A stretch of DNA of 64,000 nucleotides from an uncultured Prevotella sp. (GTDB lineage: Bacteria > Bacteroidota > Bacteroidia > Bacteroidales > Bacteroidaceae): NCBI GenBank assembly GCA_937907705.1, contig CALCVP010000072.1, positions 26,662 to 90,661 on the forward strand, read 5' to 3'. Both the position numbers and the translations under genes were made by a program. The first letter of the stretch is position 1. Each line of letters starts with the position of its first letter. The notes beneath the pieces were generated by a model. It did not search any database. It saw nothing but the letters and a program-made list of their open reading frames with translations, and was not told the origin of the DNA. Shown here piece by piece: positions 38,925 through 49,444 of the stretch.

Positions 38925-40886
38925 TCAGTCAATGGGGTCGGTGTCTGCTTCAGGCAAGTCCTCTTCAATGACCAGATTGTCTATAATGAAGTTTTGCCGT
39001 TCAGGGGTGTTTTTGCCCATGTAGTAAGCCAGGAGCTTCTGCACTTGGTCTGTTTTGTGCAGCGTAACTTGCTCCAATCGTATGTCGGGACCGATGAAGT
39101 TGGCAAATTCGTCGGGGCTAATCTCACCGAGACCTTTAAAGCGTGTGATTTCAGGTTCAGGTCCAAGCTCCTCTATTGCCTTCAGTCTTTCCTCTTCGCT
39201 GTAACAGTAGCGTGTGATGAAGTCGCCCTTCTTGCCTTTGGCTTCCTCCAGTTTCTTCTTGCCACGTATCTTGGAACGGCGGTTGCGCACGCGGAAAAGG
39301 GGCGTCTGCAACACATATACGTGCCCCTTTTTGATAAGGTCGGGAAAGAACTGCAGGAAGAAAGTGATAATCAACAAGCGTATGTGCATGCCGTCGACAT
39401 CGGCATCGGTGGCCACGATTACCTTGTTGTAGCGTAGCGAGTCGAGTCCGTCTTCTATGTCGAGTGCAGCCTGCAAGAGGTTGAACTCTTCGTTTTCGTA
39501 TACCACCTTTTTGGTCAGTCCAAAAGAGTTGAGCGGTTTTCCGCGCAAAGAAAATACGGCTTGCGTGTTGACATCGCGGCTTTTGGTGATGCTTCCGCTG
39601 GCAGAGTCGCCCTCGGTTATGAAGATAGAGCTTTCCTCCTTGCGGTTGTTTTTGGCATCGGAGAAGTGTATGCGGCAGTCGCGCAGCTTGCGGTTGTGCA
39701 GGTTGGCCTTCTTTGCCCGCTCGCGTGCGAGCTTTGTTACGCCTGCCATTTCTTTGCGTTCCTTTTCGCTGGCTTGTATCTTCTGCAGCATTACCTCGGC
39801 TACGTCAGGGTTTTTGTGAAGATAATTGTCAACTTCAGTCTTGATAAAGTCGCCCACATACTTGTTGACGCTAACGCCGTCGGGACTCATGGTGAGCGAG
39901 CCAAGCTTGATTTTGGTTTGGCTTTCAAACATAGGCTCTTCCACGTTGATGGCTATGGCGGCTACAAGACCATTGCGAATGTCGGTGTATTCAAAGTTCT
40001 TGTTGAAGAATTCCTTGATAGTGCGCGCTATGTGCTCCTTGAATGCGCTTTGGTGTGTACCACCCTGGGTGGTGTGCTGTCCGTTTACAAAGGAGTGATA
40101 CTCTTCACCATACTGGTTGGTGTGGGTAAAGGCTATCTCGATGTCTTCGCCTTTGAGGTGTATGATGGGGTAAATGCCATCGGTGGTCATGGTATCGTTG
40201 AGCAAGTCTTTGAGTCCGTTGCGGCTCAGGATGCGCCTGCCGTTGTACATGATGGTAAGACCTGTGTTGAGATAGGTATAGTTTCTCAGCATGGTCTCTA
40301 TGTAATCATCGTGGAAGGAGTAGTTTTTGAAGAGCGTGTTGTCGGGTTCAAAGAATATGTAGGTACCGTTTTCGTCGTCGGTAGGTTCGGTGTTGTCAGA
40401 CTGGAGCACACCTCTGGCAAACACGCATGAGCGCACTTGCCCGTCGCGGTAGGACTTTACTTCAAACTTTGCACTGAGTGCATTAACGGCTTTGATACCT
40501 ACACCGTTGAGTCCTACACTCTTTTTGAAAGCCTTGGAGTCGTATTTGCCGCCAGTGTTGAGCACACTTACCGCTTCGATGAGCTTGCCTTGCGGAATGC
40601 CCCGGCCATAGTCGCGCACGCTGACACGGAGATTGTCTTCAATGTCAATCTCAATGCGCTTGCCGGCGTTCATCTTGAACTCGTCGATAGAGTTGTCTAT
40701 TACCTCTTTCAGCAGCACATAGATACCATCTTCGGGCATGCTTCCGTCGCCCAACCGGCCTATATACATGCCGGGTCGGGTGCGTACATGCTCCATGTCA
40801 GACAGGTGTCTGATGTTGTCGTCGTTGTAAGCTACGGTTGGTTGCTGGCTGTCGTCAGCGATGGGTGTATCTTTTTCGTCTGTCAT
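38925..40886 (-). CDS. parE: DNA topoisomerase IV subunit B
   Basis: [49 protein letters not shown] motifs; resembles the Bacteroidota ParE type. Confidence 0.9.
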   Translation of the reverse strand: MTDEKDTPIADDSQQPTVAYNDDNIRHLSDMEHVRTRPGMYIGRLGDGSMPEDGIYVLLKEVIDNSIDEFKMNAGKRIEIDIEDNLRVSVRDYGRGIPQGKLIEAVSVLNTGGKYDSKAFKKSVGLNGVGIKAVNALSAKFEVKSYRDGQVRSCVFARGVLQSDNTEPTDDENGTYIFFEPDNTLFKNYSFHDDYIETMLRNYTYLNTGLTIMYNGRRILSRNGLKDLLNDTMTTDGIYPIIHLKGEDIEIAFTHTNQYGEEYHSFVNGQHTTQGGTHQSAFKEHIARTIKEFFNKNFEYTDIRNGLVAAIAINVEEPMFESQTKIKLGSLTMSPDGVSVNKYVGDFIKTEVDNYLHKNPDVAEVMLQKIQASEKERKEMAGVTKLARERAKKANLHNRKLRDCRIHFSDAKNNRKEESSIFITEGDSASGSITKSRDVNTQAVFSLRGKPLNSFGLTKKVVYENEEFNLLQAALDIEDGLDSLRYNKVIVATDADVDGMHIRLLIITFFLQFFPDLIKKGHVYVLQTPLFRVRNRRSKIRGKKKLEEAKGKKGDFITRYCYSEEERLKAIEELGPEPEITRFKGLGEISPDEFANFIGPDIRLEQVTLHKTDQVQKLLAYYMGKNTPERQNFIIDNLVIEEDLPEADTDPID

Positions 40887-40976
40887 GTTTTACTCTTTAC
40901 GGTTGTTGTGTGTCAAGATGGTTGATGAGCCTTACCTGTTTGCGCTGCTCGTTCCTTATTGTTCGGGGCACGAGAG

Positions 40977-42125
40977 CTAAAGCCACTTCTTGTAACAGCG
41001 GCGGCGCTTGTGCAGATGAGTTTCAAAATACTGCCATTGTCCTTGCACTTTCTCGTTGGTTTCCATCTCCACTTGGCTCTCACCCCACTTGAAACCATAC
41101 TGCTGATAGCGGGGTATGAGGTCGGAGAACATGAGCGCATTGGCTCCCTTCATGCGGTATTCGGGCAGCACGCCGAGCAGCAGCAGGTCAACGCCTTCGG
41201 TCTTGTGGAACTTGAGCGCACGCAACACGTGCCACCATCCGAAAGGAGTGAGGCGGCCGCGGCGGCACTTTTGCAGGGCGCGGGCCAGCGACGGGATGGT
41301 GATACCGGCGGCTACCATCTTGTTGTCGGCACTACGGTCTTCCACAATCGTAATCAAGCTGAGATCTGCCAGCGGGAAATACATGTTGATATACTGCTGT
41401 ATCTGCTTGTCAGACAGTTCGGAATAGCCGTAGAGGTCTTTGAAGCACACGTTGATAAGCTTGAAGATACGCTTGCCATAGCCCCTGTCAAAGATGTCTG
41501 CTTTGGTCAGCTTGCGCACATGCAGGTTGTAACGCTTCTGAATCATGTCAGAAAGCTTCATGAGCTTTTGCGGCACTTCATCGGGCACCATTATCTTGAA
41601 CTCCACATAGTCGTTGTCTTTTTCAAACTCATGAAACGACTCCATGTGCTCCGGATAATAAGAATAGTTGTAGATGGTAGGCATAGTGCCTAACTGGTCG
41701 AAGCCCCATGTAAGCATGCCTTCGGGGTCCATGTCGGTAAAGCCGAGCGGACCGATCATCTCGTTCATGCCCTTGGCGCGGCCATAATCTTCCACAGCCT
41801 TGAGCAAGGCTGCCGATACCTGGCGGTCGTCTATAAAGTCTATCCACCCGAAGCGCACACACTTGCGCCCCCAGCGCTTGTTGGCACGGTGGTTGATGAT
41901 GGCTGCTATGCGGCCCACGATATGCTGGTGAGCATCGTATGCCAGATAATATTCTGCTTCGCAAAATTCAAATGCTGCATTCTTTGATTTGTCCAGCGTG
42001 TTCATTTCGTCGCTGAACAGGTTGGGCACATCATACGCATTGCCTGCATACAGGTCGTAATGAAAATCCACGAATTTCTCAAGTTCTTTCTTGTTGCTTA
42101 CTTTTTTTATTGTAACGGATGCCAT
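40977..42125 (-). CDS. GNAT-like N-acetyltransferase (YghO-like)
   Basis: VGRIAAIINHRAN, RFGWIDFIDD, GPLGFTDMD, YNYSYY, GVLPEYR..GAN motifs. Confidence 0.75.
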   Translation of the reverse strand: MASVTIKKVSNKKELEKFVDFHYDLYAGNAYDVPNLFSDEMNTLDKSKNAAFEFCEAEYYLAYDAHQHIVGRIAAIINHRANKRWGRKCVRFGWIDFIDDRQVSAALLKAVEDYGRAKGMNEMIGPLGFTDMDPEGMLTWGFDQLGTMPTIYNYSYYPEHMESFHEFEKDNDYVEFKIMVPDEVPQKLMKLSDMIQKRYNLHVRKLTKADIFDRGYGKRIFKLINVCFKDLYGYSELSDKQIQQYINMYFPLADLSLITIVEDRSADNKMVAAGITIPSLARALQKCRRGRLTPFGWWHVLRALKFHKTEGVDLLLLGVLPEYRMKGANALMFSDLIPRYQQYGFKWGESQVEMETNEKVQGQWQYFETHLHKRRRCYKKWL

Positions 42126-42378
42126 ATTTGACTATAATAAAATATTTTCAAGCGGCGCAGCAGTTGCCTTCGCGTCAATCAACGTGCGGCAACGTATAGC
42201 CTTTCTTGTGAACAACTTAACATGCAAAAATACGGTTTTTATGGCAGATAAAAAAATTATTGGCTATAAATCAGTTGTTTTGCGGCAGATAGACCAATAC
42301 AGGTAGATGCTTTGCCACTTGCATAGTTCATTGCCAAGGCAGGACAGAGGCGATAAGGCTTTTGGCAAATGCGTCTGC

Positions 42379-42481
42379 AAGAGCACTGCAATCGGTTGCT
42401 CGTTCCATTGCAATCGGAAGCCGATTGCACCGTTATCGCACTGCGGTTGCAGTGCTCTTGCAAGCTGATTGCAGTGCTCTT
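42379..42481. repeat. 22-bp-period palindrome array, 5 units
   Basis: Cores at 42379 AAGAGCACTGCAATC, 42401 CGTTCCATTGCAATC, 42423 GATTGCACCGTTATC, 42445 GGTTGCAGTGCTCTT, 42467 GATTGCAGTGCTCTT; the first and last are exact reverse complements. Confidence 0.9.
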
Positions 42482-42721
42482 GGGCGGGCACCGCCGCAAA
42501 GCCTTGGCAAAAAGGGGCAAAACAGGCAGAAAAGCACAGGCAAGAGTAGGCTGCAAAGCCCTGCAAACTCCCGCTTTTAAGGCGCAGAAAGTAAATAAAT
42601 ACTTATTTGGTTGGTTAGATAAAATTATTTTATTAGTTTTGCAAAAATATGTGGTGCCTAATGCACATTGGCATTACAACGCCGCAATATATGCTAACTT
42701 AAGTAATAAAAACACAGAATA

Positions 42722-43330
42722 ATGACTTTTACAGAACACTGCAACGCTATTTTCAATAGGGTTATAGACGATTATCACCTGACGGATAATGTGGACGCTG
42801 CCATCAACAATCCCTTTGACAGGTCTACAATAGACTATAGCCTTTACTTGAAATGCTGGATAGACACAGTGCAATGGCATCTGGAAGACATCATCCGGGA
42901 CCCGAAGATTGATGCTACTGAAGCACTGCTTATCAAAAGACGCATAGACAGAAGCAACCAGGACAGAACAGACTTGGTGGAGGAGATAGACGCTTACCTG
43001 CGCAACAAGTATAGCGATGTAAAGGTAAAACCAGATGCACGCATCAATACCGAAAGCCCGGCGTGGGCTATCGACCGCCTGTCTATCTTGGCACTGAAGA
43101 TCTATCACATGAAAGAGCAGACCTTGCGAACCGATGCCAGCCCAGAGCATATAGAGAAGTGCCAGGCTAAGCTGAATGTGTTGCTGCAACAGCAGGTAGA
43201 CCTCAGCACTGCCATTGACCAGCTGCTGGAGGATATAGCCAACGGAGACAAGTATATGAAGGTCTATAAACAGATGAAGATGTATAACGACCCGTCTACC
43301 AATCCCGTGCTTTACGCTAACAAAAAGTAA
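42722..43330 (+). CDS. DUF4254-family protein
   Basis: WIDTVQWHLEDIIRDP, IDRSNQDRTD, NTESPAWAIDRLSILALKIYHM, YKQMKMYND motifs. Confidence 0.85.
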   Translation: MTFTEHCNAIFNRVIDDYHLTDNVDAAINNPFDRSTIDYSLYLKCWIDTVQWHLEDIIRDPKIDATEALLIKRRIDRSNQDRTDLVEEIDAYLRNKYSDVKVKPDARINTESPAWAIDRLSILALKIYHMKEQTLRTDASPEHIEKCQAKLNVLLQQQVDLSTAIDQLLEDIANGDKYMKVYKQMKMYNDPSTNPVLYANKK

Positions 43331-44395
43331 ATGAGAACTGAACATATACTGATTATCAGATTCTCGGCTATGGGAGATGTGGTGATGACAGTGCCCGTAG
43401 TTTACGCATTGGCCACACAGTATCCCGATGTAAGAATAACGGTGCTGAGCCGTGAATTTGCACGCCCTTTCTTTGAATACATGCCTTCCAATGTAGGCTT
43501 TATGGCAGCAGACCTGAAACGGGAGTACCATGGCGTGAAAGGGCTTAATGCGCTCTATCGGCGCTTAGTGGCCAAAAACTTTACCGCTATTGCCGATTTT
43601 CACAGCGTGCTACGCTCCAGCTACTTGCGTATGCGCTTCAATATAGACCGCTTTAAGGTGGCACACATAGACAAACACAGAAGCGGACGTCGGCAACTGA
43701 CTGCTACAACAAACAAAAAACTGGTCCAACAGCCCACATCGTTTCAAAACTATGTCGATGTGCTTAGACAGTTAGGCTATCCCGTAAAGTTAGAGTTCAG
43801 TTCCATCTATGGCGAAGGAAAAGGCGACTTGGAGCTGCTGCCGTCGGCATTTACCTACCGTAAGGCAGACTGCGACATGTGGATAGGCATAGCACCTTTT
43901 GCCGCACACAAGGGCAAGGTGTATCCTGCCAGACTCATGGAGCATGTCATAGAACAGCTGACAGAGCGGCACCCTCATTGCCGTATCATGCTCTTTGGCG
44001 GTGGTATCAAAGAAATGGAGACCATGGCAGAGTGGGAAGGCAGATACGAACAGTGCGTGTGTGCATCCAGCATGTTGGGAGGCATTGCCAACGAGCTGAT
44101 AGTGATGAGCCATCTTGATGTGATGGTGTCTATGGACAGTGCCAATATGCACATGGCATCCATTGTGGGCACACCCGTAGTGAGCGTCTGGGGTGCCACA
44201 CATCCGTACGCAGGCTTCTTGGGATGGGGGCAAAGCATGGATAATGTGGTGCAGCTGGACCTGCCTTGCAGACCGTGCAGCATCTATGGCAACAAGCCTT
44301 GCATGAGGGGAACCTACCCTTGCCTGAAGAATATATCGCCCGAACAGATAGTGGAAAGGGTAGAGTTTGTGTTGAAACACAACCATGTGTTTTAA
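43331..44395 (+). CDS. Glycosyltransferase family 9 (heptosyltransferase-like)
   Basis: IIRFSAMGDV, GIAPFAAH..KVYP, SMDSANMHMA, WGATHP, CRPCS motifs. Confidence 0.9.
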   Translation: MRTEHILIIRFSAMGDVVMTVPVVYALATQYPDVRITVLSREFARPFFEYMPSNVGFMAADLKREYHGVKGLNALYRRLVAKNFTAIADFHSVLRSSYLRMRFNIDRFKVAHIDKHRSGRRQLTATTNKKLVQQPTSFQNYVDVLRQLGYPVKLEFSSIYGEGKGDLELLPSAFTYRKADCDMWIGIAPFAAHKGKVYPARLMEHVIEQLTERHPHCRIMLFGGGIKEMETMAEWEGRYEQCVCASSMLGGIANELIVMSHLDVMVSMDSANMHMASIVGTPVVSVWGATHPYAGFLGWGQSMDNVVQLDLPCRPCSIYGNKPCMRGTYPCLKNISPEQIVERVEFVLKHNHVF

Positions 44396-44466
44396 GCCCT
44401 GGCGCAGTATCTTTTCAATAGAATCTTTGTCATGTGGCAGAGATTGCATAGCCGAAAAACAGCAGA

Positions 44467-44482
44467 TGGCACGCTTTTTGCA
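44467..44482 (+). promoter_or_regulatory. Sigma-54 (-24/-12) promoter upstream of rubredoxin
   Basis: TGGCACG-CTTT-TTGCA, an exact consensus match, intergenic and correctly oriented. Confidence 0.75.
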
Positions 44483-44615
44483 TAGCAATCAGTGCCAATT
44501 TAATATAAACAACGCACCTGCACAAGGCTGTGCAGATGGATTTTACAGTGCAGTGTCATGCTGACAGAAGCCGTAAGCAGTGGCAATGTATGGTTATAAA
44601 AAGAAAGGAGACATT

Positions 44616-44780
44616 ATGAAAAAGTATGTTTGCGATGTATGTGGATACATTTATGATCCAGCAGTAGGCGACCCTGACAATGGCATTGAGCCGGGAACAG
44701 CATTTGAAGACCTTCCGGATGACTGGGTATGTCCACTCTGCGGCGTAGGTAAAGAAGACTTTTCGCCAGTGGAAGAGTAG
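44616..44780 (+). CDS. Rubredoxin
   Basis: [15 protein letters not shown]...[10 protein letters not shown], two CxxC motifs, 54 aa. Confidence 0.97.
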   Translation: MKKYVCDVCGYIYDPAVGDPDNGIEPGTAFEDLPDDWVCPLCGVGKEDFSPVEE

Positions 44781-44807
44781 GATTTTATCCTTTACCGGTA
44801 TCAATAC

Positions 44808-44850
44808 AAGTGGCAGCAAAGTGGTATAACATCTCTTTGCTGCCACTTTT
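44808..44850. terminator. Terminator after rubredoxin
   Basis: AAGTGGCAGCAAAG...CTTTGCTGCCACTTTT. Confidence 0.8.
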
Positions 44851-44981
44851 GGGCTTTGGCAAAATATTCTATCCTCTTTTGAAAATTCTTAAAAGAAGAG
44901 GAGAGATTATTTTTTTAAGAAACCAAGAATTGTCTTGTGATTTATAAAATATATGTTTGCAAGTCATTGCCTTGCATGTTG

Positions 44982-46700
44982 TTAGCGCACAATTACTTTA
45001 GAAGTACGTACAGTTCCATCTGATAATGTTTCAATCTTGATATTTACACCATGTGCAGGAATGGACAAAGTACGACCACTTAGGTCAGTATAGATAACAC
45101 AGCTGACAGGAGCAGACGTGCTGATAGAAGGCTTGCTGATACCTGTACCGTCTACATAATACCATTCGACTGGGGATTCGTAACGTTTGCTTCCATCCTT
45201 GTATATAGTCTTTATGCCCACTTTATTGAATCCAGTAGTATAGAAATTAACTATATGTTTGTCGCCATAAGATTTTACGGCATTGCCACTGTAAGTGTAA
45301 GGTACATCTGTTATGTCTTCAGTAAACTCTGGGTACTCGTCTGAAGTGAAAGTGAAGAGTTCGTCGTCGAAGTAAAGATTGTAATAGATGTTATTAGGAT
45401 TGAGATATACATCATCGGTACTCATACAGCTGAGATAAAATTGTATGGTACCAAGACCGTACTGTTCATCATAGTTCATGAAGTAATAGAAATATGCATT
45501 TTCGGGAGTTCCAGGCTTCTGTATCCAAGGTTGCATGGAGGGACAACTGAAGAAACCTGATAATCCATGCACATCGTGAATTCCTCTATTAATGATGAAT
45601 CCGTCACTACTACTAAGTTTTCTATTGCTGGGATCATAGTCAAAAACAATGTCTTTGACCATGTATATACTGTCATAGGAATAGCCTAGACTTGAATCAT
45701 AGACGTTTTCGAAATCTGCGGGCGTAAAGAATGCATGTGCATTGTTTACAGTATCGACACCTAAATACTGCAAGTCAGAGAATGTAACCTTATTACCGTT
45801 TATATGACCTTTGGCCCATCCGTTAGATGTCCCATCGATGAAGCCACCAATATAAACGTCATCACCTTCAAAAGCTATTTTTCCTAAGCCGTAATCACGT
45901 TTAACAGTTCCTGCCCAACCGAATACAGCTGTCTGCACGGAAGTCGAATTTGACGGTGCGTAAATAGGTCTTTCAAACTTGGAAACCTCTTCGGTCATAT
46001 CGCCATAACCTGTCCATACACCGTTTTCTGCAGTTCCCAAACCAATCAATATATCTTGATCTACTAAGAGCAACGAATCGTTACGTAATATAAATTTGAT
46101 ACTTTGTGTCGTTTCATCGGGCGCATAAGTATTGACAGTCTTGCCATCTTGTTCCACATTTTTTAATATCATGCGCCAGATGCTGAAGTAATCGGTACTC
46201 CCTTCCGCTTTCCCAGCTTGAGAATAAATAGTTTGCGGAAAGTTGAAAACGATTGTATCGCCCTGTGCTTTCTCGCCTTTTACCCAATAATTGGATGCAA
46301 ATGTACTCAACATGTTTTTGACATATATTGAGCCGTCATCGCCTTTTACTACATCAATGGCACCACCATCTTTGGTACTGGGGAAGACATATCCTACAAA
46401 AGCCAAATAACCATCAGCTCTCTGATACCAATTCTTGCATAGAGTACCTGCTGGTTGCTCTGTAATAATGGTATTATTGCCAGCTGCTGCACGATGCATT
46501 GTGCTGAGAGTTGAATTTTGTGACATGCCGATTCCTGATAGTTCAACTGGTGCAATGCGATGTTTCATCATTCTCTCAGCATCAGATTGTGATGTTGTCG
46601 CATCTGATGGTCTTTTTACACTTAGTTGCATTGATGGCTTTTGGGCAGAAACCGATGCGGCAAAAATAGCTGCCGCCATTGTCAAGTACATTTTTTTCAT
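44982..46700 (-). CDS. Secreted hypothetical protein with a T9SS-type tail (paralog A, AT-rich copy)
   Basis: Signal peptide ...ASVSA|Q; tail TGI...YTDLSGR...GVNIK...KVIVR; collinear with 49445-51160. Confidence 0.8.
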   Translation of the reverse strand: MKKMYLTMAAAIFAASVSAQKPSMQLSVKRPSDATTSQSDAERMMKHRIAPVELSGIGMSQNSTLSTMHRAAAGNNTIITEQPAGTLCKNWYQRADGYLAFVGYVFPSTKDGGAIDVVKGDDGSIYVKNMLSTFASNYWVKGEKAQGDTIVFNFPQTIYSQAGKAEGSTDYFSIWRMILKNVEQDGKTVNTYAPDETTQSIKFILRNDSLLLVDQDILIGLGTAENGVWTGYGDMTEEVSKFERPIYAPSNSTSVQTAVFGWAGTVKRDYGLGKIAFEGDDVYIGGFIDGTSNGWAKGHINGNKVTFSDLQYLGVDTVNNAHAFFTPADFENVYDSSLGYSYDSIYMVKDIVFDYDPSNRKLSSSDGFIINRGIHDVHGLSGFFSCPSMQPWIQKPGTPENAYFYYFMNYDEQYGLGTIQFYLSCMSTDDVYLNPNNIYYNLYFDDELFTFTSDEYPEFTEDITDVPYTYSGNAVKSYGDKHIVNFYTTGFNKVGIKTIYKDGSKRYESPVEWYYVDGTGISKPSISTSAPVSCVIYTDLSGRTLSIPAHGVNIKIETLSDGTVRTSKVIVR

Positions 46701-47284
46701 AAGCTAATCCTTTTATGTGAATTTACATTATGCTTTATTGATAAGTATAATTATGTCTAATTGTTATTCTTTGCAAAAATATATAATAAAAAGATTATAT
46801 AAAAATAAATTCTACAATAAAATGTAATTTATGTATTATTTTTTACAAATTAAGGTTCAACTTGTATGGAAATGCATGGAATATGTTGTATTCTTATGAA
46901 TAAGAACGGTGAATACAAATCAATAAGTTTACGATTTCTTTGAAATGGAAGTAAAAGAATTACTATCTGTAAAATGTATTGTAAGGAAAATCCTTTCAAT
47001 GAAGTTCATAAATGTAGTTATTGCCATGCGATGTGATACCATTGTTGAAGAAAGGTTGAAGGTATGTTTTTCGTCCGTAGAAAGGTATGTATTTATCCGT
47101 TACTTGGTATAAAATAAGAGATAATAGTGATGCATTAAATATCTTGCTGCCACTTGTTGGCTTTGACAAAGTAGTGTATGCATGCTTAATGCAGACTACG
47201 GTCATAAACAAGAAAAGAGTGTATGCCCCTGACAAAGGACACGCACTCTCTTGCATATTATGGTATGGTCATGAATGAGCAGAC

Positions 47285-49153
47285 TTACTTTCTGAGAAAT
47301 ACCTTTACGGTCTTGTTGTTGGACATCTTCACAAGGTTCAACCCGCGTTGCATGTTTGGCAGACGCTGACCGGCTATGTTGTACACCTCAGAAGGTGTAT
47401 CCGTGGCAGAAGTGTTAACCGTGGAGATGCCCGTAACATCGCCTTCAGCCTTTACAGCAGCCTTGGCAGCGTTTACGATGGTGCCGTCAGCAGCACAAAC
47501 CAATACAACGGCACGCAGGTTCTTGGTGCTTTGCACAAGCGATTCGCCTGAAGTGTTGACCGCAGCAGACAGGTCAAAGGTATAAGATAATTTGGCTTCT
47601 TCATCCTCAACATAGCTGTCTTTCAGCGCAGCATTGTTGCCGCCAAGGCGTGAGGTAGCTATGATTACATCAGGGAAGTAAATGCCTTCCACCTTGCTTG
47701 CACCGTTGTAGAAAGGCTCAAACTCTTCTTCCGGGAAAGTCTCTGCACCACCGTAGGCACCGTTTGCATAGTAGTTGGACTGTGTCCAGCTGCTGCCTGT
47801 GCCGTGCAAGCTGTCTGATACGAGCACAAACTCAACGTTGTAGCCCTTGGTTTCCAACTCTTTTACGAATGTAAGGTTTGCATTGACACTTACTTTAGCC
47901 TTGTCTTTTGACAAAGTTGCAGTGGCATCAGCTACAACAGGGGTAAACTGGTCGCACATGAGCTTCCATATTTGGTCTATGCCAAAGCCGGAATTGGAGT
48001 TGCCATAATAGGCATCGGTTTCAACTTTACGGTCAAGGAAAGCTGCGGGGAAGCCTGATACGTCAGACGGGAATGAGGCACTGCTCATGATTTCCATAGC
48101 ATCGCCATTGTGATAAGATATGCCGATGAAGTCGTCTGGATATAGCTTGTTCATCACTTCCAGTCCAACCAGGCCACGTGGACAGAAGCCGCACCATGTT
48201 CCCGTGTACTCTTCTACTACTGCTCTGTGCTTAGGCATCTTGGTAAAGGCATAGAGAGAACCATCCATCTCTGCTTTGGTAGGGTTGGCTTTGCCGTTGA
48301 CCGCAGTCAATTTTACACTTACCTTGTGTCCGCCTTTCGCATTAGGAACAGGTATCGACAGTGCAATCGTTCCAGGAGCTTTATACACAGGTTCTACCGG
48401 AGTGTCCAAATCAAGGTGCTGGGCAGCCTTGGTGTCGTCTATGGTGTATTCATAGTCTACAGATTTTACGCCATTATAGCCATGGTTTTCAAATTCAACA
48501 TTGACATCGACATTTTGTCCTGTCTGGGCAATCAAGTCCAATTTAGTGGTTGACACTTCAATGGCATCAGCCAGTGCGCCACCCAATAAGGCTGAAATAG
48601 CGGCACTGCCTTTGGCAGAATAGTCCATCCAAGAACGGTAAGTGCTTGACGAATGGACAAAGAAACCACCGTCAGTAACGGTTGTAGACAATATAACAGG
48701 GGTACGTGCAGTGCCTTCATTCTTGGCCGCTTTGAACGAATAGCCCAAGTAGATAGAGTCAGATGTGATGGTATAAGGCTCTGCAAAGGTTACCGTTATG
48801 GTATCAGCATCTATCGTAACGTCTTGCGACAGAATGTCGGGAACATTGATTTTCTTACCATTTACCTTCTCTAATTTCAGCTCTTTGCTGAGCCATACCT
48901 TCAAGTCTGTGATGTTATTCTTTGATTTGAACGGTATAGTAAGGCTCTTGATGGTCATTCCTTTCAGGTCAGAACCTGTCAATAAAGTGGCCACATCATA
49001 GGTTTCTGCCTTTTTGGTGCCAAAGTTGGTGGTCGCAACACCGCCACTTGTGCGGTTGAATACAATGTCGCCAGTGTCAGCAAGAGCCGCTGTCGGCAAC
49101 AGTCCGAAACTGAATAAGGTAACGAGCGCTATATTTTTGATGGGATTTTCCAT
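47285..49153 (-). CDS. Omp28-related secreted protein with a WCGFCP thioredoxin-like motif and a T9SS-type tail
   Basis: Signal peptide from MENPIKN; VVEEYTGTWCGFCPRG, ISYHNGDAM, GFPAAFLDR; tail YNIAGQR...RGLNLVK. Confidence 0.82.
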   Translation of the reverse strand: MENPIKNIALVTLFSFGLLPTAALADTGDIVFNRTSGGVATTNFGTKKAETYDVATLLTGSDLKGMTIKSLTIPFKSKNNITDLKVWLSKELKLEKVNGKKINVPDILSQDVTIDADTITVTFAEPYTITSDSIYLGYSFKAAKNEGTARTPVILSTTVTDGGFFVHSSSTYRSWMDYSAKGSAAISALLGGALADAIEVSTTKLDLIAQTGQNVDVNVEFENHGYNGVKSVDYEYTIDDTKAAQHLDLDTPVEPVYKAPGTIALSIPVPNAKGGHKVSVKLTAVNGKANPTKAEMDGSLYAFTKMPKHRAVVEEYTGTWCGFCPRGLVGLEVMNKLYPDDFIGISYHNGDAMEIMSSASFPSDVSGFPAAFLDRKVETDAYYGNSNSGFGIDQIWKLMCDQFTPVVADATATLSKDKAKVSVNANLTFVKELETKGYNVEFVLVSDSLHGTGSSWTQSNYYANGAYGGAETFPEEEFEPFYNGASKVEGIYFPDVIIATSRLGGNNAALKDSYVEDEEAKLSYTFDLSAAVNTSGESLVQSTKNLRAVVLVCAADGTIVNAAKAAVKAEGDVTGISTVNTSATDTPSEVYNIAGQRLPNMQRGLNLVKMSNNKTVKVFLRK

Positions 49154-49156
49154 ATT

Positions 49157-49354
49157 AAACTGTTTTTTAGAAATGGTGGAACGGTTTGTCTTAAATGTCA
49201 AAACAGCCTTTGAAAGGGGGTTGACCTACGTTCTGAAGTGGTTCGAACTATTGTTTAAAGTGCTTTAAATTACTTTTCAAAGCTGTTCAACCAGTTTTTG
49301 GGAATAGTAGAAATGGCTTTCTAACAATAATAAACCGTCTTTTGAAAGTTGTTA
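49157..49354. repeat. Second-family 22-bp-period degenerate array, about 9 units
   Basis: Units start at 49157, 49179, 49201, 49223, 49245, 49267, 49289, 49311 and 49333; examples AAACAGCCTTTGAAAGGGGGTT, AAATTACTTTTCAAAGCTGTTC, AACCGTCTTTTGAAAGTTGTTA. Confidence 0.6.
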
Positions 49355-49444
49355 AAAGAAGAGGCGTGCCCGTTCTTTTCAAAAAACTAAGGAACGCCTC
49401 ATAGTTTATAAAATATCTGTCTGCAAGTTATCGTTTGCGTGTTG

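Noticed and set aside
42257..42722. Short ORFs over the repeat arrays (also 10308-10508, 55558-55746, 61546-62006)
   Set aside because: They are translations of the 22-bp repeats or the tRNA (QEHCN/AIAVQ-like peptides), with no independent coding evidence.
47059..47104. Two-copy 23-bp direct repeat AAGGTATGT...TCCGT
   Set aside because: Only two imperfect copies in AT-rich DNA with no supporting context.
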